A stretch of 64,000 bases of DNA from Octopus sinensis (Eukaryota). This document shows, one piece after another, positions 63,126-64,000 of this stretch (position 1 is its first letter; each line of letters begins with the position of its first letter). The position numbers and the translations under genes were made by a program. A model generated the notes under the pieces. That model was not told the DNA's origin. It saw only the letters and a program-made list of their open reading frames with translations, and made no database searches. The stretch spans positions 92,504,001 to 92,568,000 of the forward strand of contig NC_043000.1 of the NCBI RefSeq assembly GCF_006345805.1. The letters run 5' to 3'.

Positions 63126-63694
63126 TTTTTATGTTAAATAAAAGTAATCACATTGGTATCACTCAGATTAAACAAAGCATGGCTAATTAAATGTTAATGT
63201 GTCCTTGAGATTTTATGATGATAATCTGAAATTCAGATAATACATATCAGTTCAGGTTACTAAAAGTCAAATGGCTGAAACAAATAAAAAAAGTAAAAGA
63301 GTAAAAATGATGCAGGTATGCAAACAAATATGTATGCATGTATTTGTGCATGAGCTCAATAGGGCTGGTGGCTTGAAAAGTGCACCCAGTGCACACTGTA
63401 AAGTGGTTGGGATTAAGGAGGGCATCCAGTCTTGGAAATTAGACTAAAGTAGACACTGGACTACTGTGCAGGCCTTGATTCATTGGATAGTTGTCAAACC
63501 ATCCAATCCATGCAAGCCAGCATAGAAAATGGATGTTGTCAAATGATGATGATGGTGATGACTGTGTGGTAAGAAGCTTGCTTCCAAACCACATGGTTCC
63601 AGTTTCAGTCCCACTGCATGGCACTTTGGGCAAGTGTCTTCTTCTATACTCTTGGGTCAACCAAAGCCTTGTAAGTGGATTTGGTAGAGAGAAA

Positions 63695-63730
<36 letters not shown>

Positions 63731-63851
63731 TTTTATTCTTCGTAAACCGTGTACTTATTCTATCAGTATCTTTTGCTGAACCACGAAGTTACAGGGACCA
63801 ACAAGTGAAGGTGGGGGACAAACACAGACACACAAATACATACATAAATAC

Positions 63852-63917
<66 letters not shown>

Positions 63918-64000
63918 GTATGTATGTATATATACATATTCCTTTATCAATATTTAGCAGAAGTAACAGATTACAAAAAGTCCAGGACCTTGAGTCACTC

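Overview
Very AT-rich, microsatellite-saturated animal genomic DNA. The SINE and LINE families look like those of a coleoid cephalopod, probably Octopus; this is inference from recalled repeat sequences, not a database search. No host gene could be identified with confidence, only a few weak orphan-exon candidates. The window is mostly transposable-element debris: three tRNA-derived SINE families, RTE and CR1/L2-type LINE 3' ends, mariner remnants, a decayed ~3.8 kb hAT element with TIRs and an 8-bp TSD, several MITEs (Tc1/mariner, pogo-like, hAT, piggyBac-like), a Helitron-like element and a Penelope-like (PLE) reverse transcriptase remnant. The main unexplained signal is a dense set of type I hammerhead ribozyme (HHR) motifs. 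Eight have an intact or compensated catalytic core plus pairable stems I and III, and about seven more are decayed. They sit in non-coding PLE/retrozyme-like units: (i) a ~555-565 bp monomer in tandem plus inverted arrays at two loci, each bounded by (TA)n; (ii) a 358-bp unit whose HHR has a compensatory U3-A8 core pair; (iii) small fold-back elements with an HHR remnant in the loop. Ribozyme activity is inferred from sequence and structure only. SINE boundaries are approximate. The 41.9-46.3 kb region looks indel-rich and may be poorly polished sequence.
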